Shown: positions 26,101-39,900 of the stretch, one piece after another
Position numbering within the stretch: the stretch's first letter is position 1
Layout: each line of letters starts with the position of its first letter
NCBI RefSeq assembly: GCF_963853765.1
Contig: NC_088856.1
Location: 54,002,001-54,066,000 of the forward strand
Direction of reading: 5' to 3'
Length of the DNA: 64,000 bases
Source: Magallana gigas
Taxonomy: Eukaryota
Made by a program: the position numbers and the translations under genes
The notes under the pieces: model-generated
What the model saw: only the letters and a program-made list of their open reading frames with translations
Databases searched by the model: none
Told to the model about the DNA's origin: nothing

Positions 26101-29100
26101 ATGTAGAATCTTTGGAAAATATATCTACTGATAATCTAGTATCAGGCAGTTTGATGTCAAAAACAAAGTTTTTACCACCTCAAAAACTTCTTAAACTGAA
26201 GCACGGACTTGCGACTAACGTATGTTACATATTTTGGCATCATTGGGCATTTTCACAGTCTGTTTCGGCGTTTTTCAGAGTTGAACCCTTACTGTTATGA
26301 CCTCATCAGAGTAAAACAGACTAATAGACGTACAGATAGGTACATATAGACGGACGGACGGACAGACATTCTTACCTAGGCAGGTTCTACCGTCCCCCGT
26401 ATAACCGGCTTTACATGCACATTTGTAAGCCCCGGGGGTGTTAGTACACGTTCCTAGCGCGGAATTGCAATCGTTGGAACCATCACACTCATTATTATCT
26501 GAAAATAAAGTGATAAATGCTTACATAAATTCAAACCACTTTGAATTTCAACAGCAGTTTTATAAGAAGAAAGTCTGATTTTAGACAGTTACCTTCCAAC
26601 GTACGACATTGAACATTAAAATATTCATCGGCCATTACAAAAGAAGACCACTGTCCCAGTTTTTTTAATGTGAAAAATATCGAACTTTTATAAAAAGGAC
26701 ATAATTACTAATAGGTTACAATTTTGATAAGTAGAAAATCTGAGAAAACGCTATCCTTAAATGAAAACATCTTTTGATGTAAAACAGGAATATAAATGGT
26801 CTGTTTGTAGCTTATAACACACCCAACATCATAAATCAAGGATTCCATGGAAACTCAAGATATCACTGATTGTTTGCATTTTGGATGTGTGTAGTACTTA
26901 TATTAACATGCCCCTCATCCTAACCCAATAAGAAGAATACTAATGGTTTACCTTGACAGGTATCGCCGACCTTAGTGTACCCACTGACACAGTTACAGTC
27001 AAAGCCCTGGTCCCGATTGACACACAGGGAGTTAGAGGGACAGTTAGCGGTCCCCAGCGTACACTCGTCTGCATCTACAAATTCAAAAATGAAAAAAATA
27101 ACATATTTGTCAGCATCTCAAATATCAACAATTTAAACTCATATTTAGAATTTCAAGGATATAATTTTTGGACTTATTTGTTAGTAACTCAAACACAAAT
27201 GTAAAAAAGAATCTCAAACATTAGTCAGTATTTCAAATTTCAACGATAAAGAATTAATTACTGGTCAGCATCAGGAATTCAATATTTTAAAAATATATAT
27301 TTTATTTTTGGACATACATGTATTTGTAAGCATCTCAAACGTCAACAGAAAGAAATGAAATATTTGTCAGCATCTGGAGTTTTAAATTTTTTTCTTTTAT
27401 ACATATATAACAATATATTTGTCAGCGTCTCAAATTTTAAGGATATATATCTCATTCGTCAGCGTTTAAAATTTCGACACAAACATACTTCACCTGCATA
27501 TCTTGATAAAAGTTTTACGGACCGTTTTAAAACGATTGAATATGAATCTTAGTTGGTCATGACGATATAATGCAATGCACGTCTTTTTTTATATTTTTTT
27601 TTATGAAAAAATGGTCCCTAAATCTATCTCGACTCATCACTTCTAAAAATGCTATTGGCTTTCGTTTTTACCAAAACAATGCTTGTTTTATCATAGAAAA
27701 ATTGCTTGCTTTAAAAAAAACCCACTTTATATTGTCCTAAACCTAATGAAATATATAGTTATCCATTTGTACCATGTTTTTTTTTTCAAAATCCTCAGTT
27801 TTATGAACCAATCAAAAGGCAGACTTTTGACATCTTGTCTTTGTTATGCTATCCTCCATAAATCATCCTTTAAGCATTCATTGATTCATAGACTCTGTTT
27901 TAATCCGTTTAAACATTACAGTCATATGTATTACAGTGCCATTAAAACATTTTTCTTTTCCTCCGTGAATATTTCTCATAACTATGATATAAACATTTCG
28001 AAACCTTATTTGATGCAACATTTCTGTACAATATCAAAACCCCATATCTTTTCAAAAATTCATTTAACAAAACAAACCATCTACATGTATTTTAGACAAT
28101 GCCTTTAACAACATATACCTATTTGATATAAAAAAAACTTAGTAAGTTTTTTTCAAAATGAATCGTTTAACAAATCATCCCATCTTTTGTGTACTTTGGA
28201 CTTTGTGCTGGGATATTATCGCTATGACAACCACTCACCCACACAGACGATGTCCTGGGATTTAACGTACTGGCTGCTGACACAGTTACAGACATAGGAC
28301 CCCACTGTATTACTACACGACACATTGTTAGCAGCCAGACAGCGGTGTAGTGCGTCACTGCTGCATTCATCAATGTCTGGAAGAGAAAACGTCAGATATA
28401 TACATTCTCTCTTCAACATATACTTCTTTACTGGTTCTGCCTCAGGTAACTAAATGGTTTGCTAATTATTACATCAAAAACGGTTCTTTTTTGGTTATTT
28501 CATAAGATAACATATGGCCACCCAAAGATTACTAATATCTGATAACTGATTCAGCACCACCCATAGACTACTTGTATCTGAATGACTGATTCAGCACCAC
28601 CTAAAACTACTAGTATCTAATGACTGATTCAGCACCACCCAAAGACAACTAATATCTGAATAACTGATTCAGCACCACCCATAGACTATTTGAATCTAAA
28701 TGACTGATTCAGCACCACCCAAAAACTACTAGTATCTAACTGACCAATTAAGCACCACCCAAAGAATACTAGTTTCTGAACGACTGATTCAGCACAACCC
28801 AAAGAGTACTAGTATCTGAATGACTGATTCAGCACCACCTAAAGACCACAGGAATTTAAATGACTGATTCAGCACCACTCATAATCTAATAGTATCTGAA
28901 TGACTGATTCAGCACCACCCAAAGACTACTAGTATCTGAATGACTGATTCAGCACCACCCATAGACTAATTGTATCTAAATGACTGATTCAGCACCACCC
29001 AAAAACTACTAGTAACTAAATGACCAATTAAGCACCACCCAAAGAATACTAGTATCTGAACGACTGATTCAGCACAACCCAAGGAGTACCAGTAACTGAA

Positions 29101-30888
29101 TGACTGATTCAGCACCACCTAAAGACCACAAGAATTTAAATGACTGATTCAGCACCACCCATAATCTACTAGTATCTGAATGACTGATTCAGCACCACCC
29201 AAAGACTACTAGTATCTGAATGACTGATTCAGCACCACCCAATGACTACTAGTATCTGAATCACTGATTCAGCACCACCCAAAGACTACTAGTATCTGAA
29301 TGACTGATTCAGCACCACCCATAGACTATTTGTATCTAAATGACTGATTCAGCACCACCCAAAAACTACTAGTATCTAAATGACCAATTCAGCACCACCC
29401 AAAGAATACTAGTATCTGAACGGCTGATTCAGCACAACCAAAAGAGTACTAGTATCTGAATGACTGATTCAGCACCACCTAAAGACTACAAGTATTTAAA
29501 TGACTGATTCAGCACCACCCAAAATCTACTAGTATCTGAATGACTGATTCAGCACCACCTAAAGAATACTAGTATCTGAATGACTGATTCAGCACCACCC
29601 AAAGACTACTAGTATCTAAATGACTGATTCGGCACCACCCAAAGACTACTAGTATCTGAATGACTGATTCAGCACCACCCAAAGACTTTAAGTGTCTGTG
29701 TTGTTGGTTCTATGTAATTACTTACCCACACAATTTTTTTTAGTTCCATCAAGTTCATACCCTGCAGGACAAGAACAAGTATCCACTTCGCCTATCTTAC
29801 CACAGGTGTGACTGCAGCCATGGTTGCTGGCACACTGAAATTTGGCTGCAAGTAAAGCATTCAGGTTTACACGTCAACCAATAAAAAAATATAGATGGGT
29901 TATATACAGTACAGGAAGGTCATAAGCCCATCAGTGCCCCCGATAACTATGTGGCGTTCACCAGATCAGTGCCCCTGTTGATTATGTGGCATTCGCCAGA
30001 TTTTTGTGTCCCTGATTATTATGTGGCAGTCACCATATTATAGTTCCCCTGATGATAATGTGGCGGTCACCAGATTATAGAGCCCCTAATGATTATGTGG
30101 CAGTCACCATCTTGTAGTTCCCCTGATGATAATGTGGCGGTCGATATTATAGTGCCCCTAATGATTATGTGGCAGTCACCATATTGTAGTTCCCCTGATG
30201 ATAATGTGGCGGTCGACAGATTATAGTGCCCCTAATGTTTATGTGGCGTCACCATAATATAGTGCCCCTGATGATAATGTGGCGGTCGCCAGATTATAGT
30301 GCCCCTAATGTTTATGTGGCGTCAACATATTATAGTTCCCCTGATGTTTATGTGGCGTCACCATATTATAGTTCCCCTGATGATTATGTGGCGGTCGCCA
30401 GATTATAGTGCCCCTAATGATTATATGGTGGTAACCAGATCATAGTTCCCCTGATGATTCTGTGGCGGTCACCAGATTATAGAGCCCCTGAAGATAATAT
30501 GCTGGTCGCAAGATGATTTTGTGAAGGCCAGCAGATGATATGTTTTTCTCATTGGCACAAATCCAATGGGCTTCCATGACCATCAGTTGTTAGACAACAA
30601 AGTTTACAATATTTCAGACATCAAATTTCACTGCTATCATAATATTATATCAAACTTACATTCACATGTTTTACCGTCCCCCTTTAATTCGAAATTTGTT
30701 GGACAGGAACAAGTGTATCCGCCAATTGTATTTTCGCAGTGATTGTTGTCATAGCAACCATTTGCAGCCGATTCTGAGCATTCGTTAATATCTGTTGACA
30801 AATAATTATACTTTAAGAGCTCAATGCAAGTACGTTTTCATTACAAAATATGTTTACTTTGTTTCGTCCAGGTTGGAACACAACAATT

Positions 30889-30959
<71 letters not shown>

Positions 30960-33900
30960 CATCTTTGAAACATCTTTGCAAATGCTTATTTCGCCATAAG
31001 TATTCTAACCTGCACAAAGGCCTTTTAATGCAAGTTCCCCCGTTTGAAATCTATCAGATAGTTAGTAGTAAGTCCACATCCACTGTGTCTCCTCTACTGT
31101 CTGTCTACTTGTCTTTCCGTCTGTTTTCTTGTATGTTAGTCTGTCTGTCTTTCTGTCCGTTTGTTAATCAGTCTGTCAGTTTGTAGGTTAGTACGTCTGC
31201 CAGGATTTTTCTTTTTTGACTCACCGTTACATCGTCTCCCGTCAGCGTTCAGTGTGTAGCCCCTGAAGCAAGAGCACGTGTAGCTACCGATATTGTTGAT
31301 GCACGTCTGTTCACACTGATTGGTGCTTCCAGATGCACACTCATTCTTATCTGCAACACATACACCCAGTCCATGATCGTAAATACCAAATTTTTATATA
31401 TATCATTACTAACATATTTCATAAAATTTTAATTCCCACTTATTGCGCTTATCAATAGAATAAATTATACCTGAAAAATACTTCTCCATATACAATAAGC
31501 TAATAGATATAAACGCAATGTATTATAAGGAGCAAAAGTTTTGCTTGGATATTCACCAAATTCAAAGCCAAGGAAAGCGCTTTAGAGTGATAAGATTGGT
31601 TTTTGGTAGAAATATATTATTTTATATTAAAAAAGGCTTCCGTTTTTAAACGACCTTATTTAGTACAAAATTTGTAAGAAATCTTTTAATCATTTTTTGG
31701 GCCGAATATGAAATTTGATTTTAAATCGATTCACGCATTCACGAGATTTTGGGCTACAAAGTCCTGAAGCGAGAGTCCGCATAGCTCAGTTGTTAGAGTG
31801 GCGGGTTCAGTCTCCGAGTTCCAAATATTTCCTATTTCTTAGTTGGGATAAGATTTATGATTTTATATTAGAAATCATAGATTTTACTTATTTCTATTTT
31901 AATTTTATCAAAAATCACAATAATACCGACTTTTTAAAGTATAATCTAGGTATAATTATATATCTATTGAAATTTTAATAGAGGGTTCAAAGGAATTTGA
32001 TGAAGCGTTAAGAAATGATAGAAAAGAACAACTATCCCTATTGTCTACTTCATGGTGCACTCAAACGGAAGACCTTTAATTGCTTGCAACGAGCGTCTAG
32101 TTATTATTAGTATTATATTTCGTACCTGCACATGTATACCCATCGCCAGTAAATCCACTGTTACAACTGCACGTGTAAGATCCGGCGGTGTTTGTACAAC
32201 GTCCGTGCTCTTTGTCACAGCTGTGGGTGGCCGCGGACGCACACTCGTCGATATCTAAAAACAAAAGAGAACGAAAGTATATTTATATACTGTTAATTCA
32301 GTATAAGAAAAGAATAAAAATAAGATTAAAAACTAGAAAACTGACCAGTCAGGAAGGGCCCCGCTATGACAATTAATATAGAGAAGTGAAAAAAACTTTG
32401 AATTCCATCCTCTTTATATTAACAATGATGAAAAATAAATGCCCGGCAGAAGATGTAAAGAACTGGAATATATAGGATCTCGTGATTTGTAGTTGGATAT
32501 GATTTTCATCCAACAATTAAAGTGTTTTTTTCTTGAGCCTTAGTGAGGGGATAAAACACACAAGTTGGATAAAAATCATATTATACTACAAATCATGAGA
32601 TTCTATTTATCCCATATTTTATACACCGCAATCAATGTTTACACTGTTTATAAAACTCTACATTATTTTTACTTCATTATGCCTAGGCAAAACAAAGAAT
32701 TGATACCAATGCAATGATACCTAGGCTTTGCCTCTATTCAATAAAACTATTATAAATCATTGTGTACGGTATTTTAACCAAAAAAAATATGAATATTATA
32801 TTTCAAATCCATATTTCAAAGAATGTACACAATACTATCCAATGAGTCATATCCACGGGATAAAGTGGGTTAACATGGGATGAAATAAAATTTGTTAAAA
32901 AAACAAAGAATTGATACCAATGCAATGATACCTAGGCTTTGCCTCTATTCAATAAAACTATCATAAATCATTGTGTACGGTATTTTAACCAAAAAAAATA
33001 TGAATATTATATTTCAAATCCATATTTCAAAGAATGTACACAATACTACACATCATTCAAAATTGACCTTAACTTCAAAACAAAGTTCATTTGCAGACAC
33101 AGGCAGTGCAGTAATTAATCTCAATGTGACAGATAAAGATAAAGCTTAGGATTTTCTTCCTGTGGAAGGTTAATTAATCCCAAAGGACAAATATTGCACA
33201 GCCTTCCATGTATACAATGGTAACATTCTCAGCAGTTATCTCCTCTCTTTGCCCATTCATTCTCAGCAGTTATCTCTCTTTGCCCATTCTTCTTATGCAT
33301 AGTTAGGAATCTACCCCACCACCCCAGCTCCAAACCAGAAGACATAGAGAACCAAACTTAGCATCAAAATATGTATTTCTGCCTACTGAACTACCATACC
33401 AAATTTGAACTTGATTGGGCAACCATAAAAAAAGTTATTAGAAAAAAACAGGAAATTTGTGGACGGAAGAGTGACAGACGGACGGACGGACAGAAGGACG
33501 GACGGACAGAGTGATTACTATAGGGCACCCGCAAATCCTTGCGGGGCCCTAATTAGAATAAGAATAAAAAAGAAAAGAAGTTGGTTTAAAGTAAGAATAC
33601 CGTACATTCCCACAACAATATACTATATGCAATGTCTTCAAGAAAATTTAACATGCAGATTAGCAATTAGAATAACTATTACCTTTTTTTATTTGCAAAG
33701 ACTATAGTTGCTGTTGACTACTGAAAAATAGCTTTTGTGATAAAAAGTCTACATTTAATATCTTAAAAAGAATTATATAATATCGTTAGACAATAAGGGG
33801 CTCTAAAATATAAATATCCTGCAAAGTTTATAGCGCGCAAATAAAGTTTATTTTAGAGTTGTACTAGGATCTTTGCTTGGGTTTTGACTTTAATCCATGG

Positions 33901-36900
33901 TGTACATTATTACAGGAATCTTTGGTTTACAATTTTTCTAGAATGTTCAGGTTACAGTATTAGTAAAATGTTAAGTTTACAATATTGCAGTAATCTTTGC
34001 TTTACACATTGCAAGAATCTATCTAAAATATATGGTTTACAGTATTACAGGAATCTTTGGTTTACAATTTTTCTAGAATGTTCAGGTTACAGTATTAGTA
34101 AAATGTTGAGTTTACAATATTGCAGTAATCTTTGCTTTACACATTGCAAGAATCTATCTAAAATATATGGTTTACAGTATTACAGGAATCTTTGGTTTAC
34201 AATTTTTCTAGAATGTTCAGGTTACAGTATTAGTAAAATGTTAAGTTTACAATATTGCAGTAATCTTTGCTTTACACATTGCAAGAATCTATCTAAAATA
34301 TATGGTTTACAGTATTACAGGAATCTTTGGTTTACAATCTTTCTAGAATGTTCAGGTTACAGTATTAGTAAAATGCTAAGTTTACAATATTGCAGTTATC
34401 TTTGATGTACAATATATCTAAAATCTATGGTTTACAGTATTAGAGGAATCTTTGGTTTTCTATATTACATGAATTTTAGTGAATAATTTTACATGAATCT
34501 TTGGTTTACAGTATAACTGAAATCTTTGGTTTACAACAATACGTGAATCTTTGGATTACAGTATAACAGAAATCTTTGATTAACAGCATTATAGGAATCT
34601 AAGGTTTACAATATAACCGGGACCTTTGGTTTACAATATTACAGAGATCTTAGGTTTACAGTATAACTGACATCTTAGGCTTACAACAATACAGAAATCT
34701 TTGGATTTAGTATAACAGGGATCTTTGTTTACAGGACAACAGGGATCTTTGGTTTCCAGTGTTATAGGAATCTTTGGTATCACTGTTACAGGAATCTTTG
34801 TTTCCAATATTTCTAAAATCTATGGTTTACATTTTTAGAGGAATCTTTGGTTTACAGTATTACAGGAATTTCCAGTTATAATTATACAGATATATTTAGA
34901 TTATAGCACTACTGTAATCTTGTAGTTACAGTATTATCTTTGGTGTACTGTATTACTGGAATGTAATGGGTGCGTTCACAGTATACCTGCAATCAATGTT
35001 TACCTGTGCAGCTGTTGCCATCACTCCCTTTAGTGTACCCCACGGGACAAGAACATGTGAAGCTGCCATCATTATTCTGACACGTGGCAGGTGCCACACA
35101 GGTGTCTGTATTTAATGTGCATTCATCTTTGTCTAAAAAAGGCATCAAATAAAATTAAATTGAAATCAACATTAACCCAGTTTGGTAAAACCTATTTCAA
35201 AATGAATTGAGAGAGTTTTAATGAATATATTGGCTGACAATTTCTATTTTATTGTTAAATGATATATTAATCAGGGGGGGTCATACTTTTATGTTTTCAA
35301 TCAAAACAATATAATAATCTGACATTTCTGTCTTACCTGCACAGATAAAATCGCTGAGTTTGTTAAATCCGGTCTTACAGTCACATCGGAACGCCCCAGG
35401 AGTGTTAACACACGTGCTGCTAGAGTCTACACAAGTGTCCACGTTAGTAGCACACTCATCAATGTCTACAATAAAAAAAGAAATATGCAAATTATAAGCA
35501 AAATTTGACACATTCACCTGTTGTGCGCAGTGTTTAAAACAATCTATGAACCAATTCAAATGCCTTTTTACTAGCATGATTTGAACAAGAAATAGTTAAT
35601 ATACATGTATCACATGATACAACGGAATTGATAATCATGATCACAAGTTATATCAACTAAGCCCACCTATACAGTATTTTGAGGCGTTTAAGGCGTAACC
35701 AGACGGACAACCACAATACACCTGACCATTAGACACTGCGCATGACGCAGTTTCACTTCCGCCATCGCAAGTATTCTTCTCCTCGGTTGAGCATTCATTT
35801 TCCGCTGTAAAAATACATATAATTGCTTTTCAAAATTGACTAATTTCAGCATCTAAGTAAAGAATAAAAAAATTTTTTCATCTGTAAATATAAGATATTG
35901 CATGCTGGCAATTAATCCATTTCTGGATTTTAAAAATAAAAGTATTTCGAGCTGTAAATCGTAAGGAACTGCGTACTGTAAATTAACTGACTACAGTAAC
36001 TTAGTAAGATGAGATTATCTGGTTCTTTCTGTTGATTGGTCACACTTACGTAGGCAGCTGACAAGGTCTGTTGTGTTCAATTTGTATCCAGTATTGCAAG
36101 CACATGTATACGTTCCGATCCCGTCCACGCATCTCTGGGCACAGTTGTTGGTACCAGCGCACTCATTTATTTCTGTGATACAGAAAAGGTTACTTTTATG
36201 CAACTATAATGATATACCCCATAACACGTCATGAGCCCCCTTTGATGCAATGAATTATACAAATATCTTTACCCTGAAAATGTCTTTTATGGGGATTCAA
36301 AATTCATTAAAACAACCAGAACCCCCCCCCCCCCCCCCCGAAATTATGACACACATTTTGCATTTAATAAACAAACTTAAGCCTGAATCAACATCGTTTG
36401 ATTTCTTAATTAAGCTTACCCTCACACGTGTTTGATTGCGTATTTTTGCTGTAACCATAGTTACAAACACAATCATAACTTCCGACCGAGTTTTGGCAGC
36501 GAGAATTGGCTGGACATGGATTAGAGGAGTTGGTACATTCGTCAACATCTGCAAATTAACAACAGACAGTCAGTTAGGACCAATATACTGTGGAATCATT
36601 AGATTTCGTGGTGGCTCAATTTTCGTGGAATTCGTGGGTACCTCTCTTCCACGAATTAACATCCCCCACGAATTAATAAATTAGAGCTATAATGTCATAT
36701 TCCTCTTGTATGTATACGAAAATTCACGAAATTACGTCCCTACTGCATTCGGATTGGTTAAGCTTTGTTTGATATATATTTCATGGTCTCTGTCAGATAC
36801 CCACCTGTACAGGTGTAAGTGGTCTCCCGTTGGTAGCCGGTCTTGCAGGGACAAGAGTATCCCCCCACGCTGTTCAGACAGGTGGTCGTGACGTCATTAC

Positions 36901-39900
36901 ACTTGTCTGCGTTAGTTGTACACTCGTCTTTATCTGTAATTAGTCGACAAGAACCGTTGAAATCGTAGAATGTATAGCATGTCAGTTAGTCAGTGTAAGT
37001 TTACATTTGATGTATCTAAACATCACATGGTCATCTTTTTCTTTGTAACATTTTAAATACTTTGAGTTTGCAATGTGATGTTACATTAATTACACTAAGG
37101 TAGAGATCCCGCTATCAAGCGTTTTAAGAGCGTATACAACAGTTAATTTTGGTTCTGTATTTACCCCTGGTACTGTATTTACCCGTGGTTCTGTATATAC
37201 CCCTGGTACTGTATTTACCCGTGGTTCTGTATTTACCCGTGGTACTGTATTACCCGTGGTTCTGTATATACCCCTGGTTCTGTATTTACCCATGGTTCTG
37301 TATTTACCCCTGGTACTGTATTTACCCGTGGTTCTGTATTTACCTGCTGTTCTGTATTTTAAATAACCCCTGGTTCTGTATTTACCCGTGGTTCTGTATT
37401 TACCTGTGGTTCTGTATTTACCCGTGGTTCTGTATTTACCCCTGGTTCTGTATTTACCCGTGGTTCTGTATTTACCCCTGGTTCTGTATTTACCCCTGGT
37501 TCTGCATTTACCCGTGGTTCTGTGTTTACCCATGGTTCTGTATTTACCCGTGGTTCTGTATTCATCTTTGATTCTGTTTTACCAGCAGTTCTATTTTACC
37601 TTGTAGTTTTGTATTTACCTGTGCACGTTTTGCCGTCCGCCCCCAGCACGTATCCCTCGGCACAAGAACAAGTAAATCCGAATTCTATGTTGGTGCAGTT
37701 ATGAGAACATGGAGGGGGAGAGTTCTTAACACACTCGTCCTTGTCTTTAAAGAGAAAGTAAGTAAACTTAAAGATCATAGAATTGTAGCATACTGGACAG
37801 CTACTGGTAACTAACCAGACGGGTTGATTTGCGATTTACTGGACTTGGATTAACAAAAGATGACGTTATATAAATGATTTGAATAACAAGAAGGTCAGCT
37901 CAGAGTACATGTAAGGTCATTTTCTAAATTGGTTAGAATAATGCAGGGTAAACAACTTTACTGGGATGGAGAGAGATGCTTCCTTCTTTTGTTGTTACAG
38001 TACCGATCAGACCCAACCTAACAGAAAGTAAACCCCAACTAAACCCTGGGTTTACTTTCTGGGTTGACTTCGGACTTTCTAGAGTGGACCCAGAGTAAAC
38101 CCAAAGTAAACCCCGAGTGGACCCAAATTTTCGAAAAGTTAACCTAGAGTAAACTCCAAGTAAACCCCAAAAATAAACGCGGGGTTTAGTTGGGGTTTAG
38201 TCTGGTGTTAAGTTGGTTATGAACTGTACTGTAGGTGTCAACTTTTGATTCTTTATTCAACATACCAGTAAATAATATAACTTTTTTCATTAATTACCTG
38301 TACAGGAGATCCCATCCCCCTCTAAATGAGTCGGACACGATCCGCACTTGAAGCCCGCGGGGGTGGTGCTGAGATCACGTGCCAGGACGTCCGTGCAGTC
38401 CACCCCGGGCCAGCACGGGTTGTCGGCGCACCCATCCTCGTCCCTCTCACAAAATGGCCCAGTATATCCGGTCACACAGACGCAGGGGACCAGCAGGAAC
38501 TGGTCACTGCTACTCACACTGAAGTCACAGCCCCCGCCGTTCTACAAAGATATATTAAACAATGAAACACTCATCACCTACAACGACTGAAATACAACTC
38601 AACTAAAGAGTGCATGGTTAAGGTGCGGTAATACTAGAAATGTTACTTGAATACATGATACAGGTACAAGTCACATCGCCTTACAAAATATAACAGAGTG
38701 CTTGTCAATAAGTAGTTTTCTAAAACATAGGCCTTGATTTAAATATTAGTTATAATAGTGAAGTAAATCATTAAATCTACTCACCTGGCATTTACAATAT
38801 TCAATCTTGGGCGTCCATAGAGACTGCGCCTTCCCGTCTGACACAGTGACCTGGATCTTGGCCGTCTCAAGGTCAGCGATGTTTGTCCATGTTAAATTGT
38901 GAGTGTCGTTGGTGACAAGGAGACCGGAAGGGGCGTCATCGTTTATCAGGAAGAAGATGATGTCCCCGGCGTTTTTGTCGGTAGCCGTTAGATGTAGTGA
39001 GTATGTCGCCCCAACCGACACCTCTATAGTCACATTCCCATTGGCGATTTCCGGTGGGTAGTTCGCTGAAATTTAAAAAATTCTTAATATCATATCTTAC
39101 AAATATTAGGGTTAGGGTTAGGGTTAATTCAGGACATTTGCAAACCCCAGAATTCCGGTAAATCAACGTCTTGATTATGACCTGATAAAACTTTAAATGT
39201 TAAATCATTTTAATGAACAAAATAGAAAAACAGTACCATTTGAATACCCTCATTTCAATTGTAGCATACAGGATGTATTACTATAAATTGTAATATCGGG
39301 TACATTCCTCAGGAGAAACAAATTACAATATATTGAACTATGTAAAGGCATCTACTGTACTCTATGCTTTTCTTTTTGAAAGTCTCAACTCATACGTAAA
39401 CTATAGAATTTTCCAAAATTTTGTAAAATCAATTGAGAGAATCTGCTTACATATAGTCTTATTTTATATTTTGTTGATGTTATTTCTGTTTGTTGTAATT
39501 GATGTAAAACTGATATATTGAATAAATCTATAAAGAATTAAATTATGTTGAGTTTGAACTCATTTGAAATAGCTTTCATCTTTACTTCTTTATTTTTTGT
39601 AAACCCCCTGTCACATACTCAATTGTTTTCTATTTGAAATCCTGAAGTTATCCGTCTTTGGTTTTGTCTTTTATGTGTACAGTACAGCTCACGAGTATCC
39701 CGACACCCACCGTGGAAAAAACACGGTGAAAAACGGTCTGTGTCACACCGTGTACACGGTGTGACACCGTGTATGTATATTGGAAAATTCAAGAAAAAGC
39801 ACCGTGTCGCACCGTGGCCGCCCGAGTAACTCCGTGGCCACAGTGTCACTCCGTGGATATCGTTACCTGAGACCATGATAAAAATAGCGTATGTTTACAA

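Noticed and set aside
28541-29690. CRISPR-like appearance (constant 20 bp plus variable 20 bp)
   Set aside because: The variable halves are point variants of one consensus, not unique spacers; no cas genes; eukaryotic intron.
33884-34405. 173-aa ORF with 45-aa repeats
   Set aside because: Product of the 135-bp higher-order repeat, antisense in an intron, TTG start.
37090-37606. Several repetitive ORFs (WFCIYP, VVLYLP, TGKYRT)
   Set aside because: Frames of the 18-bp minisatellite.
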